Source: Phycisphaerae bacterium
GTDB taxonomy: Bacteria > Planctomycetota > Phycisphaerae > UBA1845 > Fen-1342
Direction of reading: 5' to 3'
DNA: 64,000 nucleotides
Assembly: GCA_050115495.1 (NCBI GenBank)
Contig: JASFQK010000012.1
Span: forward strand, 32,001-96,000
Under the pieces are notes generated by a model. The model saw only the letters and a list, made by a program, of their open reading frames with translations, was not told the origin of the DNA and did no database searches. Shown in pieces: positions 51,422 through 60,342 of this stretch (the first letter of the stretch is position 1; each line of letters opens with the position of its first letter). Made by a program: the position numbers and the translations under genes.

Positions 51422-52576
51422 ATGAACAGCGGATCAGAGCAGGTAGCAGGCGACCCGGTCCCCGCCGCCGGTACGGTTCGCGTCGAGCGCGGCACCTGTT
51501 TCGCCCTCTTCGCCTACGACGTCGGGTTGGCCATCGACCTCGACGAGGCCCAGCGACGCATCACCGCCCTGGCGCAGCGGGCTTCGATCTGTCACAAGCG
51601 CCGGGCACCCCGCTACTTTGAGTATCAGCCGCCGCCGCTCCGCGTCACGCAGACGGTCGAGCCGGTCAGGATCTGCGGTTTCGAGACCGCCGCCACGGTC
51701 GACTCGGTCATCTACGATTTCGGCGCCGTCTCCGTCACCTACACGATCCCCCTCACCGTTCCGCTGGCCGACCTGGCCGGCCTCAGCGACGAGCTCTACG
51801 ACAACGAGGCCCTCCTGGCCGCCTCCCGCCGCGGTGTCGCCGCCCTGCTCGACACCATCGGGCCGGCGGTTCGCAAGCCCCAGGTCGCCGACCTCGTCGA
51901 GGACTACACGATCTTCGAGATCGACGCCCTCTCGTCGCCCTGGACTACCGAGGACGTCATCGCCCGGCACGGTCCGCTGCTCGCCCGTATTCTGCGGGCC
52001 GAGTCGGCGGCGCTTTCCCGCCAGGAGATCGACGACGCCCTCGCCTGCCAGCTCTCCTTCAGCACCAGCGACTGCGCCGTCATCGACTGGAACGCCGCCT
52101 TTCTCTTCGACGCGGACGCCGACGACGTCCGCGCCGTCCTCGAATTCGCCAACGTCGAACTCCTCGAGATGCGCTATCTCGACGACCGCCTCGACGCCGC
52201 CCTCGACCAGGCCTACGCCGCCATGACCAAGCGAGCCGGCGGCCGTTACCGCGTCCTCGGCTCGAAGGCAGAGGACCTCTGGCGCATCGCCGAATTGCAG
52301 ATGGACAGTGCCGAGCTCTTCGAGGGTGTCACCAACGCCCTGAAGCTCCTCGGCGACCAGTACCTCGCCCGCGTTTACCGCCTTACCGCCCAGCGCTTCC
52401 ACCTCAGCGACTGGGACGCCAGCATTCGCCGCAAGCTCTCTACCATGGAGAGCATCTACGAGAAGATCTCCGATCGGCAGGCGAACTGGCGAGTCGAAGT
52501 GCTCGAGTGGATCATCATCATCCTGATCGCCGTCGAAATCGTGCTGATGCTCTGCGAGAGCCTCTGGAAGGGTTAA
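51422..52576 (+). CDS. RMD1/DUF155-like protein
   Basis: YDFGAVSV, IDWNAA, LEFANVELLEMRYLD, C-terminal LEWIIIILIAVEI. Confidence 0.65.
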   Translation: MNSGSEQVAGDPVPAAGTVRVERGTCFALFAYDVGLAIDLDEAQRRITALAQRASICHKRRAPRYFEYQPPPLRVTQTVEPVRICGFETAATVDSVIYDFGAVSVTYTIPLTVPLADLAGLSDELYDNEALLAASRRGVAALLDTIGPAVRKPQVADLVEDYTIFEIDALSSPWTTEDVIARHGPLLARILRAESAALSRQEIDDALACQLSFSTSDCAVIDWNAAFLFDADADDVRAVLEFANVELLEMRYLDDRLDAALDQAYAAMTKRAGGRYRVLGSKAEDLWRIAELQMDSAELFEGVTNALKLLGDQYLARVYRLTAQRFHLSDWDASIRRKLSTMESIYEKISDRQANWRVEVLEWIIIILIAVEIVLMLCESLWKG

Positions 52577-52580
52577 CCCA

Positions 52581-53267
52581 GTGTCTGCGCCGCCTCCCTC
52601 TGACCGCACGCGCGTCCACCAATTGCCCGACCGGGCCTGCTACGACCGCGCCACGATCCACCGCCTGCTGGATGAGGGCCTCGTCGCCCACGTCGGCGTC
52701 ACGCTCGACGGCCAGCCGTTCGTCATCCCCATGAACTACGCCCGCGACCGTGAGCGCCTGCTCCTGCACGGCGCGCGATCGTCCCGACTGATGACGGCCC
52801 TCCTCGCCGGTTCCCACGTCTGCCTGACCGTCACACACGTTGACGGCCTCGTCGTCGGCCGTTCCGCCACGCGCCACACGATGAACTACCGCTCGGTGAT
52901 GGTTTTCGGCCAGGCCCGCGAGATCGCCGACCCGCCGGCGAAGCTCGCCGCCGTGAAGGCCTTCGTCGAGCATTTCCTCCCCGGCGGCTGGGAGCTGGCC
53001 CGCCCGCCGACGCCCGCGGAGATGGCCGCAGTCGTCATGGTCGAGATTCCACTCGATGAGGCTTCAGCCAAAATCCGCACCGGTCCGCCCCGGCTCACAC
53101 CCACCGACCGTGAGACCGACCATTGGTCCGGCGAATTGCCCCTGCGGCTGGCCATGCTGCCCCCCGTGCCGCATCCCGCCGACAGCACCGCCCCTCTGCC
53201 GCCGGCAATCGCGGACTATCAACGTTCGGGAATGATCCGCATCCCGCCCGGTCAAAGCGACGTCTGA
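52581..53267 (+). CDS. Pyridoxamine 5'-phosphate oxidase-like flavin-binding protein
   Basis: QPFVIP, LHG..SSR, MNYRSV, SAKIRTGPP. Confidence 0.88.
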   Translation: MSAPPPSDRTRVHQLPDRACYDRATIHRLLDEGLVAHVGVTLDGQPFVIPMNYARDRERLLLHGARSSRLMTALLAGSHVCLTVTHVDGLVVGRSATRHTMNYRSVMVFGQAREIADPPAKLAAVKAFVEHFLPGGWELARPPTPAEMAAVVMVEIPLDEASAKIRTGPPRLTPTDRETDHWSGELPLRLAMLPPVPHPADSTAPLPPAIADYQRSGMIRIPPGQSDV

Positions 53268-53275
53268 GCCCGCCC

Positions 53276-56254
53276 CTACGGCGATTCGTTCAACAGCGCT
53301 TCAAACGCCGGCTGCGTCGTCAACGGCCCCAGCCGCTCGTCAGCTTTCAGCTCCTCCGCCTGCACCTGGCCCGACGCCAGCCCCGCCCGCAGCACCGCCA
53401 GCGCCTCCTCCGTCGCCCCCGTCTGCGCCAGGCACGCCGCCAGGGACACGAGCGTTCGGCGGTCGCCGGGTTCGATTCGCCACGCCTGCCGCAGGTAGTC
53501 CAGCGCCACCTCCGGCTGCCCAGCTTCACTGGCCTCCGCCGCGTACTGCCGCAGCCCCTCGGCGATCTCCGCCAGGCTCGCCCCTCGCACCGGAGCGAAC
53601 ACTGCCGGCCACAGGTTGCCCAACGCCTCCAGCAGTTCCGCGACCTCAGCGCTCGGCGCGGCGTTCATCGCGCGGGCATCCCCGATCGACATGGCGAGAT
53701 CCAGGTTGCACGGATCCAGCCGGTAACCGTCCAGCCGGATGCGCAACGACCGAGCGGTCTCGCCGCGAGCCCAGGCCTCCCGTGAGCGCCTGCACGCCCG
53801 CCGCGCCGCCACCACCCCCGCCGTTTCCGCGCGCAGATCTGGCGGCGCCGCGGCCTCCCCGTCGGCGAGCAGGTCCTCCAGCGGAGCCCCTTGCAGCACA
53901 TCGAACTCCGTCGCCAGCGTCTCCTCCTGCCCGCTGTACAGGTAGCGCGGGCACGAGAATTCGAGCAGGGCGTTATCGTCCGTGTGAATCGGCGCATCGG
54001 CGCACCACGCCCGCAATGCCTCGTCCCCGGCGACGTACCGGCCGAGGATGTGCGCCGGCCGGTGCAGCCCGATGCGGTACAGATCCGCCCGCACCGCCGG
54101 CAGCTCGAACCGCCGCAGCAGTTCGTCCACGTCGACCGCCTGCGGACTTGGGCTGGCCATCATCAGGTAGTCGTTACTCGTCAGCTTCCACAACGACACC
54201 GAGCCGTACACGTCGAACAGCGTCCGCACCACCATGCGGAAGTCGTCCACCGACATCATGTACCCGTGCAGCCACACCGCCAGCAGCCCGTCGTCGGTGA
54301 GCCGCGCCCGGCTCAGCTCGAAGAACTCGCGCGTGAACAGGTTGGACACGCCGGCGATCCACGGGTTCGACGGCTCCGAGATGATGACGTCGTAGCGCAC
54401 GTCCGTCAGCAGCAGATGGTTCCGGCCGTCGGCCCGCACCATTCGTACGCGCGGGTCGTCGGTCAGCACGTGGTACGTGTACGGGGCGAACAGCGCCGCT
54501 GCCTTGATGACCTCGTCGCTGATCTCGACGCAATCGAGCTGTCGGAACTCGGGATAGCGGGCCAGCGCGGCCAGCGTCATGCCCGATCCCAGTCCGATCA
54601 CGCAGGCCCGCTCCTGCCTGCCGGCCACCAGCGCCGGCACGTGCCCGAGCAAGAGCTGCGTGGTCATGTCTCGCGGCCCGGTCGAGGCATCCGGCTTGCC
54701 GTTGACGGTGAGGGCGATGTGTTCGGCGTGCCCGACCGACTGCAGCACGGCCACCGTCATGTCCACGCCTTCGCCGTAGTACACGACTTCCCGGTGTTGT
54801 ATGAGTTTCTCGACGTCGCCCTGGATGAAATACGGCGCGATCGTGAGCAAGCGCGGGTCCCAGCGGCCCGCCCCGACCGCCACCACCGGGATCAGCACCA
54901 GCACTCCCGCCGGCAGCAGCAGCCGTCGCACGAGGAACGATCCCGCCGTCGGCCGCGCGCTGAACCACAATGCCGCCCCCGCGACGCCGTTGAGCGCACT
55001 CGCCAGCACGATCGAGCTCTGCACGCCCAGCACGTCGCTGCGAATCAGCACAAAGCCCGCCAGGAACGAGCCGGCAATCGTACCCAACGTATTCACCGCG
55101 TACGCCCGGCCGGTCACGGCTCCCGCCTCGTCACCGGCGCCCGCCAGGGCGCGAATCACCAGCGGGAAGATCGCCCCCATCAGCAGCGTCGGCACGATCG
55201 TCACGGCCAGCACCAGCAGGAACTCCCAGCGCAGCAGCGCCCCGTAGTCCTGGTAGTGCTCCGCGACAAGCGAGCGCACGAACAGCGGGATGTACCCGTG
55301 CAACGGCACGATCAGCACCGCGATCAGGCCGATCGCCAGCTCCAGTCCGCCGAGAATCAGCACCGGATCCGTCCAGCGGTCCGCCCAGCGGGCCACGATC
55401 AGGCTGCCCAGCGCCAATCCGAGGATGAACGCCGCCAGGATACACGTGAACGAATACGTGCTCGACCCGAGCGACATGATCAGCGCCCGCGTCCACGTGA
55501 TCTGGTAGACCATCGCCGCGAAGCCCGACACGGCGAACGCGACGAGCACGATCGCCCGCACGCCAGGCGTCAGCGGCGGAGCGCTGGGTTCGTCGCCGGC
55601 TGTCGTCGCCGGCACCGGTCGTGAACGCACCGGCCGCCACAGCCATACCAGCGCCGTCAGCCCGATCGCCGCGTTGACGGCCGCGGCCAGCCACGTCGTA
55701 TGTCGCAGTCCGAACGTCGGAATCAGCCACAGCCCCGCCGCCAGCACGCCGAGCACCGCCCCGAACGTATTGATTCCGTACAGGTGCCCGACGCTCTGTC
55801 CCAGTCGTCCACCGGCCAGCGTCACGTGCCGCACCAGGATCGGCAGTGTCGCTCCCATGCACGTCGTCGGAATCAAGAGCACGAGGCCGCTCGCCGCGAA
55901 CCGCAGCGCCGTCAGCAGCGCCGGCATCTCCGCCACGTGCGGATACAGCCCGCGGTACAACGGCTCGGCCAGCGTCAGCAGCCACGGCACGAGCAGCGCG
56001 TACGCGCCGATCCCGATCTCCAGCAATCCGTACACCCGCCCCGGTGCCTCCAGCCGCCGGCACCACCGCCCGCCCAGGTAGCTGCCCAGGCCGAGCCCGG
56101 CCATGAACGCCACCAGCACGGTCGTAATCGCATACGTGGTTCCCCCGAACACGAAGACGAGCTGCCGCACCCAGACCAGTTCGTAGACCAGCCCCGCCGC
56201 ACCGGAGAGCAGGAAAAGAACGTACAGCACCGCCTGACGCACACCGCACCTCAT
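53276..56254 (-). CDS. Fused membrane domain/spermidine-synthase-like protein with TPR-like tail
   Basis: SGAAGLVYELVW, duplicated TM block, IGLGSGMT, DGRNHL, DVIISEPSNPW. Confidence 0.9.
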   Translation of the reverse strand: MRCGVRQAVLYVLFLLSGAAGLVYELVWVRQLVFVFGGTTYAITTVLVAFMAGLGLGSYLGGRWCRRLEAPGRVYGLLEIGIGAYALLVPWLLTLAEPLYRGLYPHVAEMPALLTALRFAASGLVLLIPTTCMGATLPILVRHVTLAGGRLGQSVGHLYGINTFGAVLGVLAAGLWLIPTFGLRHTTWLAAAVNAAIGLTALVWLWRPVRSRPVPATTAGDEPSAPPLTPGVRAIVLVAFAVSGFAAMVYQITWTRALIMSLGSSTYSFTCILAAFILGLALGSLIVARWADRWTDPVLILGGLELAIGLIAVLIVPLHGYIPLFVRSLVAEHYQDYGALLRWEFLLVLAVTIVPTLLMGAIFPLVIRALAGAGDEAGAVTGRAYAVNTLGTIAGSFLAGFVLIRSDVLGVQSSIVLASALNGVAGAALWFSARPTAGSFLVRRLLLPAGVLVLIPVVAVGAGRWDPRLLTIAPYFIQGDVEKLIQHREVVYYGEGVDMTVAVLQSVGHAEHIALTVNGKPDASTGPRDMTTQLLLGHVPALVAGRQERACVIGLGSGMTLAALARYPEFRQLDCVEISDEVIKAAALFAPYTYHVLTDDPRVRMVRADGRNHLLLTDVRYDVIISEPSNPWIAGVSNLFTREFFELSRARLTDDGLLAVWLHGYMMSVDDFRMVVRTLFDVYGSVSLWKLTSNDYLMMASPSPQAVDVDELLRRFELPAVRADLYRIGLHRPAHILGRYVAGDEALRAWCADAPIHTDDNALLEFSCPRYLYSGQEETLATEFDVLQGAPLEDLLADGEAAAPPDLRAETAGVVAARRACRRSREAWARGETARSLRIRLDGYRLDPCNLDLAMSIGDARAMNAAPSAEVAELLEALGNLWPAVFAPVRGASLAEIAEGLRQYAAEASEAGQPEVALDYLRQAWRIEPGDRRTLVSLAACLAQTGATEEALAVLRAGLASGQVQAEELKADERLGPLTTQPAFEALLNESP

Positions 56255-56339
56255 CACCACGATCGTGCGATTAGAGCGCACGCCACACCCCGCGTCAATC
56301 CGGTGTCCCCCGTCCCCCTCCGCCGGCATGCCCCGTGGC

Positions 56340-59300
56340 TCACGAAGCCGGCTTGTCTTCCGTCTCCGGCGTTGCCGACGTGTCCGTCGTTGCTTGCAGC
56401 CGCGTCAGCCGCCGCTGCCAAGCCGATCGTCGCCGCAGTGGATTCCGCACAAACATCAGCAGGCCGATCCCGCCCACGCCGACCAGGGCGATCAGTCCGG
56501 CCAATACCGCGTGCCGTTCGCGGTTCCGGCCGGCGATCTTCTCGACCGTCACGCCTCGCAGCACGAGCGAGGGGGCCGTCGTCGTCTGTCCCGCCAGAGC
56601 CTGCTGCTTCGCCAGCGCCTCCAGGTCCTTGCCAATCCGGGCGAGTTCCGCGTCGCAGTGGCTCAGTTCGAGCTCCGCCGCGGCCCGCTGGGCGACCTCT
56701 TCCTCCAGACTGCGCAGCCGGTCCAGCGCCGCGCTGAACTCGCTCAGCAGCGTCTCCCGCCGTTGCTCGGCCGCCTCGACCGCCTGCTGAACTTCGAGGA
56801 CGTGGGCCGCGTGCTCGGCCCGGGCTTTCTCGTCCGCCTCGAATTGCAGCCGTTGCCGGATCGACGCCTCACGCTGCTCCATCCGCGTTCTCAGCCCGCG
56901 AAGCTGCCGGTCGAGCGCGTCCAGCCGGAAGTTCTTCGCCAGGTCGGTCTGCCCCGAGGCCTCGACCAGCGCCGCCAGGGATGTGCTGATCTTGCTCAGC
57001 TCATCCCGCAGCAGGGCGGCGACCACCACCGACCGCGTCCCACCGTCGGAAGCTTCCGTCAGCTCCTTCAGGTGCCCGTTCAGCTTCTCGATCAGCGACC
57101 GCCCCAGCCCGGCGAGCTGCGCCGTCTCGTCGTACGCCGTATGCTGCTGGCGGATGAGGTCGGCGATCTGCTCCTCCGGTTCGAGTTCCCGCGCCCCCTC
57201 GATCAGCGTTTGCCAGCGTTCCCGGGCCGCACCCAGTGTTTTGTCCGCCTCGGCGATTTCCGCCGCACATTGCTCCAAAACCGTCGCCAGCGCCGCCGGC
57301 GGCTGAAGCTGCCGCTGCTCCTCCAGCGTCGTCCCGAACGCCCGCACCACCCGCTGAAACTCGCTCAGCGGATCCACGACCAGCAGCAGGGCCACCGTCA
57401 ATTCGCTGCGGTAGCTCGTGGCGTTGGCTCGAAACTCCTTCGCGTCCTCGTTGTGCACGTCGTCCGTCGCCAGACCGGTCGCCATCGCGACGGGCGACAC
57501 CGTCCCCCGCGGCACCGGCCCGCCGAGTAGAACCGACAATTCGCCCCGCTGCTGCACAAGCGCTTCGCTGAGCGCCTCGAACTCCTCGCGCAGCCGATCG
57601 GCAGTCTCCCGCGCCTCGTCCCGCTGTGCCACGGTGGCCAGCGCCGCCGCCTGCGTGGCGTGCACCTGCCGCCGATCCTGCCAAGTCTTCCGCTCGGCCT
57701 CGAGCGCCGCCGCCCGCGCGGTCAGATCCGGTCCCGCCGAGCTGCCCGGCTCGGCCGGCATATTCGCCCCTGCCTCGCAGTAGCCGGTGGCCACCCAGGT
57801 CACCACGTCCCGAACGTCCGTGGCATTCGGCCCATCCAGCGACACCCGCAGCGCCGGCCCGTTCGTTCCCTCCGCCAGGTTCACGTCGGCCGCCGCCCAC
57901 GTCCCCGTCAGGGCTTCCTCCCCCAGCAGCTCGGCCACCGCGTCCGGCCGCTGCAACCGCCGCCGATGTGCTTCGACAACTTCCTGCGCCGCCGGGCTGT
58001 CGCCGCTCAACGCCATCTCGGCCATGGCCCGGTACACCGGCGTCTCCGTCCGCCACCAGACGTATCCCGCGACCAACCCCGCCAGCACGGCCAGCACGGC
58101 CGCCCGCCGTTGCCAATGCGGCGGCGCAACCAGGGGCTCGACCAGTACCGGCGTCGGCACCGATGTCGGGGCTTCAGCCGGGGTCGCCTCCGCCGGTTTC
58201 TCGGCCAATGCTTCCTGCATCCGCGCCAACTCAGCTCCGGCCTCTTCCCGCTGTCGCCTAAGCTCCGTCTGCGCCACGGTCAATGTCCCCCGTTGCTGTT
58301 CCAGCTCGGCCCGCTCTACTTCCACCGAAAGCTGCCGTTGCCGGATCTCCGCGTCACGTGCCTCGGCCTGTTCTTGCAGGTTGGTTGTTTCGGCCCGCCG
58401 CTGCTCGATCGCGTGCAGCCGCTCTTCCGCTTGCCGCGTCAGCTCGTCCAGCGTCCCGCGCTTCGCCACCATGTCGGCTTCGATTTCCGCCAGTCGCTGC
58501 GCTTCTGTCTGGAGCGTGGCGGCCCGGGCCCGAAGCTGCTGGTCGTAGCTCTCCAGCCGCCGCAGCCGCTGCTCGAACGTGGCCTGCTGTGCCTGGAGGA
58601 TACGCCGCCGCCCCTCGATCTCTTCCGCCCGGCGGGCCAGCGTCGTCCGCTCCGACCGCGTCTCACGCCAGCGCTGGTCCAGCTCCTGCTGCCGCCGAAC
58701 GAGCGTGTATCGTTGGTTTTCGAGTTCCCCCAGCGCCTCATCGACGCCGCCCCCCTGCTCCCCGCCGCCACCACTGCGGTTGGTTCCGTGCTGCCGGGCT
58801 TGCGTCTCGACCGCCCGGGCGTGCAGTTCGGCCATCTCCCGCTGGAGTGCCGTCCGCCGGGCCTGAAGCTGCTGCTCGTACTGCTCGAGCTCGGTGCTCC
58901 GCGTCCGCAGGGTGGAGGCCTGTTGTTCGAGCTCCTGCCGCTGCTTCACCACGTCGCCATGGGCTCGGGCAACCCGCCGCTCCAGTTCGCTTTCGCGCTT
59001 TCGAACCTTCGTGATCCGCTGCCGCAGCCGCCGCCGCTGTTCCTGGTGCTCCTGCGTGATCGCCTGGGCATGCCGCTGCAACCGCTGCAACTCGCCGGAG
59101 ATCTCGCGCTGGGCCTGCTCCTGCTCGACCTGGCGCACGGTCAACTTCTGTTCGAGCTCATCGAGCCGAGCGGCGCGGGCCGTCAGGTCGACCGCCTGGG
59201 CGTCGAGCTCGTCGCTGCGCCGCCGGAGCCGGGCCTGGGCCGCCGCCCACTCCTGCTCCGCGGCGTCACGGGCCGCCCGTTCGAGCTGCTCGTAGGCCGC

Positions 59301-59492
59301 CTCGCTGGCCGCTTCCCGTTCGCCCTGGCTGCGTTCGTGGCCGGACAGCTTGTCGATCCGCTCGCGGATTTCCCCCACGATCGGGCGCATTCGCTCACGC
59401 ACATCGTCGGCGCCACCGGGGCGCGACGACCCGCGCTCCCCGCTTCCGCCTCGCGTTCGTTTCCCTTGTTCGGGCGACCTGTCCATCACCAC
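56340..59492 (-). CDS. Large coiled-coil protein with two TM segments (Wzz/GumC-like C-terminal half)
   Basis: About 450 aa E/Q/R-rich coiled coil, TM followed by PVYRA, second coiled region, C-terminal TM. Confidence 0.75.
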   Translation of the reverse strand: MVMDRSPEQGKRTRGGSGERGSSRPGGADDVRERMRPIVGEIRERIDKLSGHERSQGEREAASEAAYEQLERAARDAAEQEWAAAQARLRRRSDELDAQAVDLTARAARLDELEQKLTVRQVEQEQAQREISGELQRLQRHAQAITQEHQEQRRRLRQRITKVRKRESELERRVARAHGDVVKQRQELEQQASTLRTRSTELEQYEQQLQARRTALQREMAELHARAVETQARQHGTNRSGGGGEQGGGVDEALGELENQRYTLVRRQQELDQRWRETRSERTTLARRAEEIEGRRRILQAQQATFEQRLRRLESYDQQLRARAATLQTEAQRLAEIEADMVAKRGTLDELTRQAEERLHAIEQRRAETTNLQEQAEARDAEIRQRQLSVEVERAELEQQRGTLTVAQTELRRQREEAGAELARMQEALAEKPAEATPAEAPTSVPTPVLVEPLVAPPHWQRRAAVLAVLAGLVAGYVWWRTETPVYRAMAEMALSGDSPAAQEVVEAHRRRLQRPDAVAELLGEEALTGTWAAADVNLAEGTNGPALRVSLDGPNATDVRDVVTWVATGYCEAGANMPAEPGSSAGPDLTARAAALEAERKTWQDRRQVHATQAAALATVAQRDEARETADRLREEFEALSEALVQQRGELSVLLGGPVPRGTVSPVAMATGLATDDVHNEDAKEFRANATSYRSELTVALLLVVDPLSEFQRVVRAFGTTLEEQRQLQPPAALATVLEQCAAEIAEADKTLGAARERWQTLIEGARELEPEEQIADLIRQQHTAYDETAQLAGLGRSLIEKLNGHLKELTEASDGGTRSVVVAALLRDELSKISTSLAALVEASGQTDLAKNFRLDALDRQLRGLRTRMEQREASIRQRLQFEADEKARAEHAAHVLEVQQAVEAAEQRRETLLSEFSAALDRLRSLEEEVAQRAAAELELSHCDAELARIGKDLEALAKQQALAGQTTTAPSLVLRGVTVEKIAGRNRERHAVLAGLIALVGVGGIGLLMFVRNPLRRRSAWQRRLTRLQATTDTSATPETEDKPAS

Positions 59493-59625
59493 GTCTGGTT
59501 AGCCCTGCCGGGCGTCTCCCTGATCCACCGCACGCCGTGGCCGCATTATACCCTACCTATCGGCGTGGATTTCTCCCGCGGGCCACGCGCAGGAACCGCG
59601 CTTCTCTCCGCCGCCGTCCGCCGTC

Positions 59626-60342
59626 TCAGGCCAGCCGGCCCAGTTGCTTCAGCGTGGCCGCCAGGTCCCGGGGCAGCGGCGCCCAGACGCTCATCCGCTC
59701 CCCGCTGGCCGGCGAGACGAACTCGGCCGCCGCCGCATGTAGCGTCAGCCGGGCACATAGCGGCCGCTCCTCCTGCCGCCGATTCGGACGATACCCCGAC
59801 TTGTAGAACGAAAGCAACAGGGGCTGCTCGCTGCCGTACTGGCTGTCCACGCTGACGGGATGCCCGATCGCCGCGAGGTGGGCCCGCACCTGCTGCCGCC
59901 GCTCGGCATCCGGCCGGCATTCCAGCCACGTATTCCCCGCCACCCGTTCGACCACCCGGTACGTCGTCCGCACGGATTTCCCCCGCCCACCGGCGGCCTC
60001 CAGCCGCTGGCTCCGCCGATCGAACCGTAGCGGCAGGTCGACTTCGCCGTTTTCCGTCACGTAGCCACTGACCAACGCGTGGTAGACGATCGTGGCCCCG
60101 CCGTTGGCGAGCTGTCCCCGCAACGCCTCATACGCCGCATCCGACCGGGCACACAGCATCACCCCGCTCGCGCCCCCGTCCGGCCGATAGGCCACCCGCA
60201 GCCGCTCGTCCCCGGCCAGTTCCGGCAGCCGCCGAAGATCGCTCTCCGTCACCTCGCCCTCGCCGCCCGGCTGGTCCACGACGGCGCACTGCTCGTCTAC
60301 GTACAGGATCGCCAGCGAAGATGGAGCGGAGCGCTTGCTCAT
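59626..60342 (-). CDS. RluA-family pseudouridine synthase (divergent motifs)
   Basis: ILYVDE..VVDQPGG, YRPDGGASG, YHALV, QVRAHLAAIGHP, LHA. Confidence 0.8.
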   Translation of the reverse strand: MSKRSAPSSLAILYVDEQCAVVDQPGGEGEVTESDLRRLPELAGDERLRVAYRPDGGASGVMLCARSDAAYEALRGQLANGGATIVYHALVSGYVTENGEVDLPLRFDRRSQRLEAAGGRGKSVRTTYRVVERVAGNTWLECRPDAERRQQVRAHLAAIGHPVSVDSQYGSEQPLLLSFYKSGYRPNRRQEERPLCARLTLHAAAAEFVSPASGERMSVWAPLPRDLAATLKQLGRLA

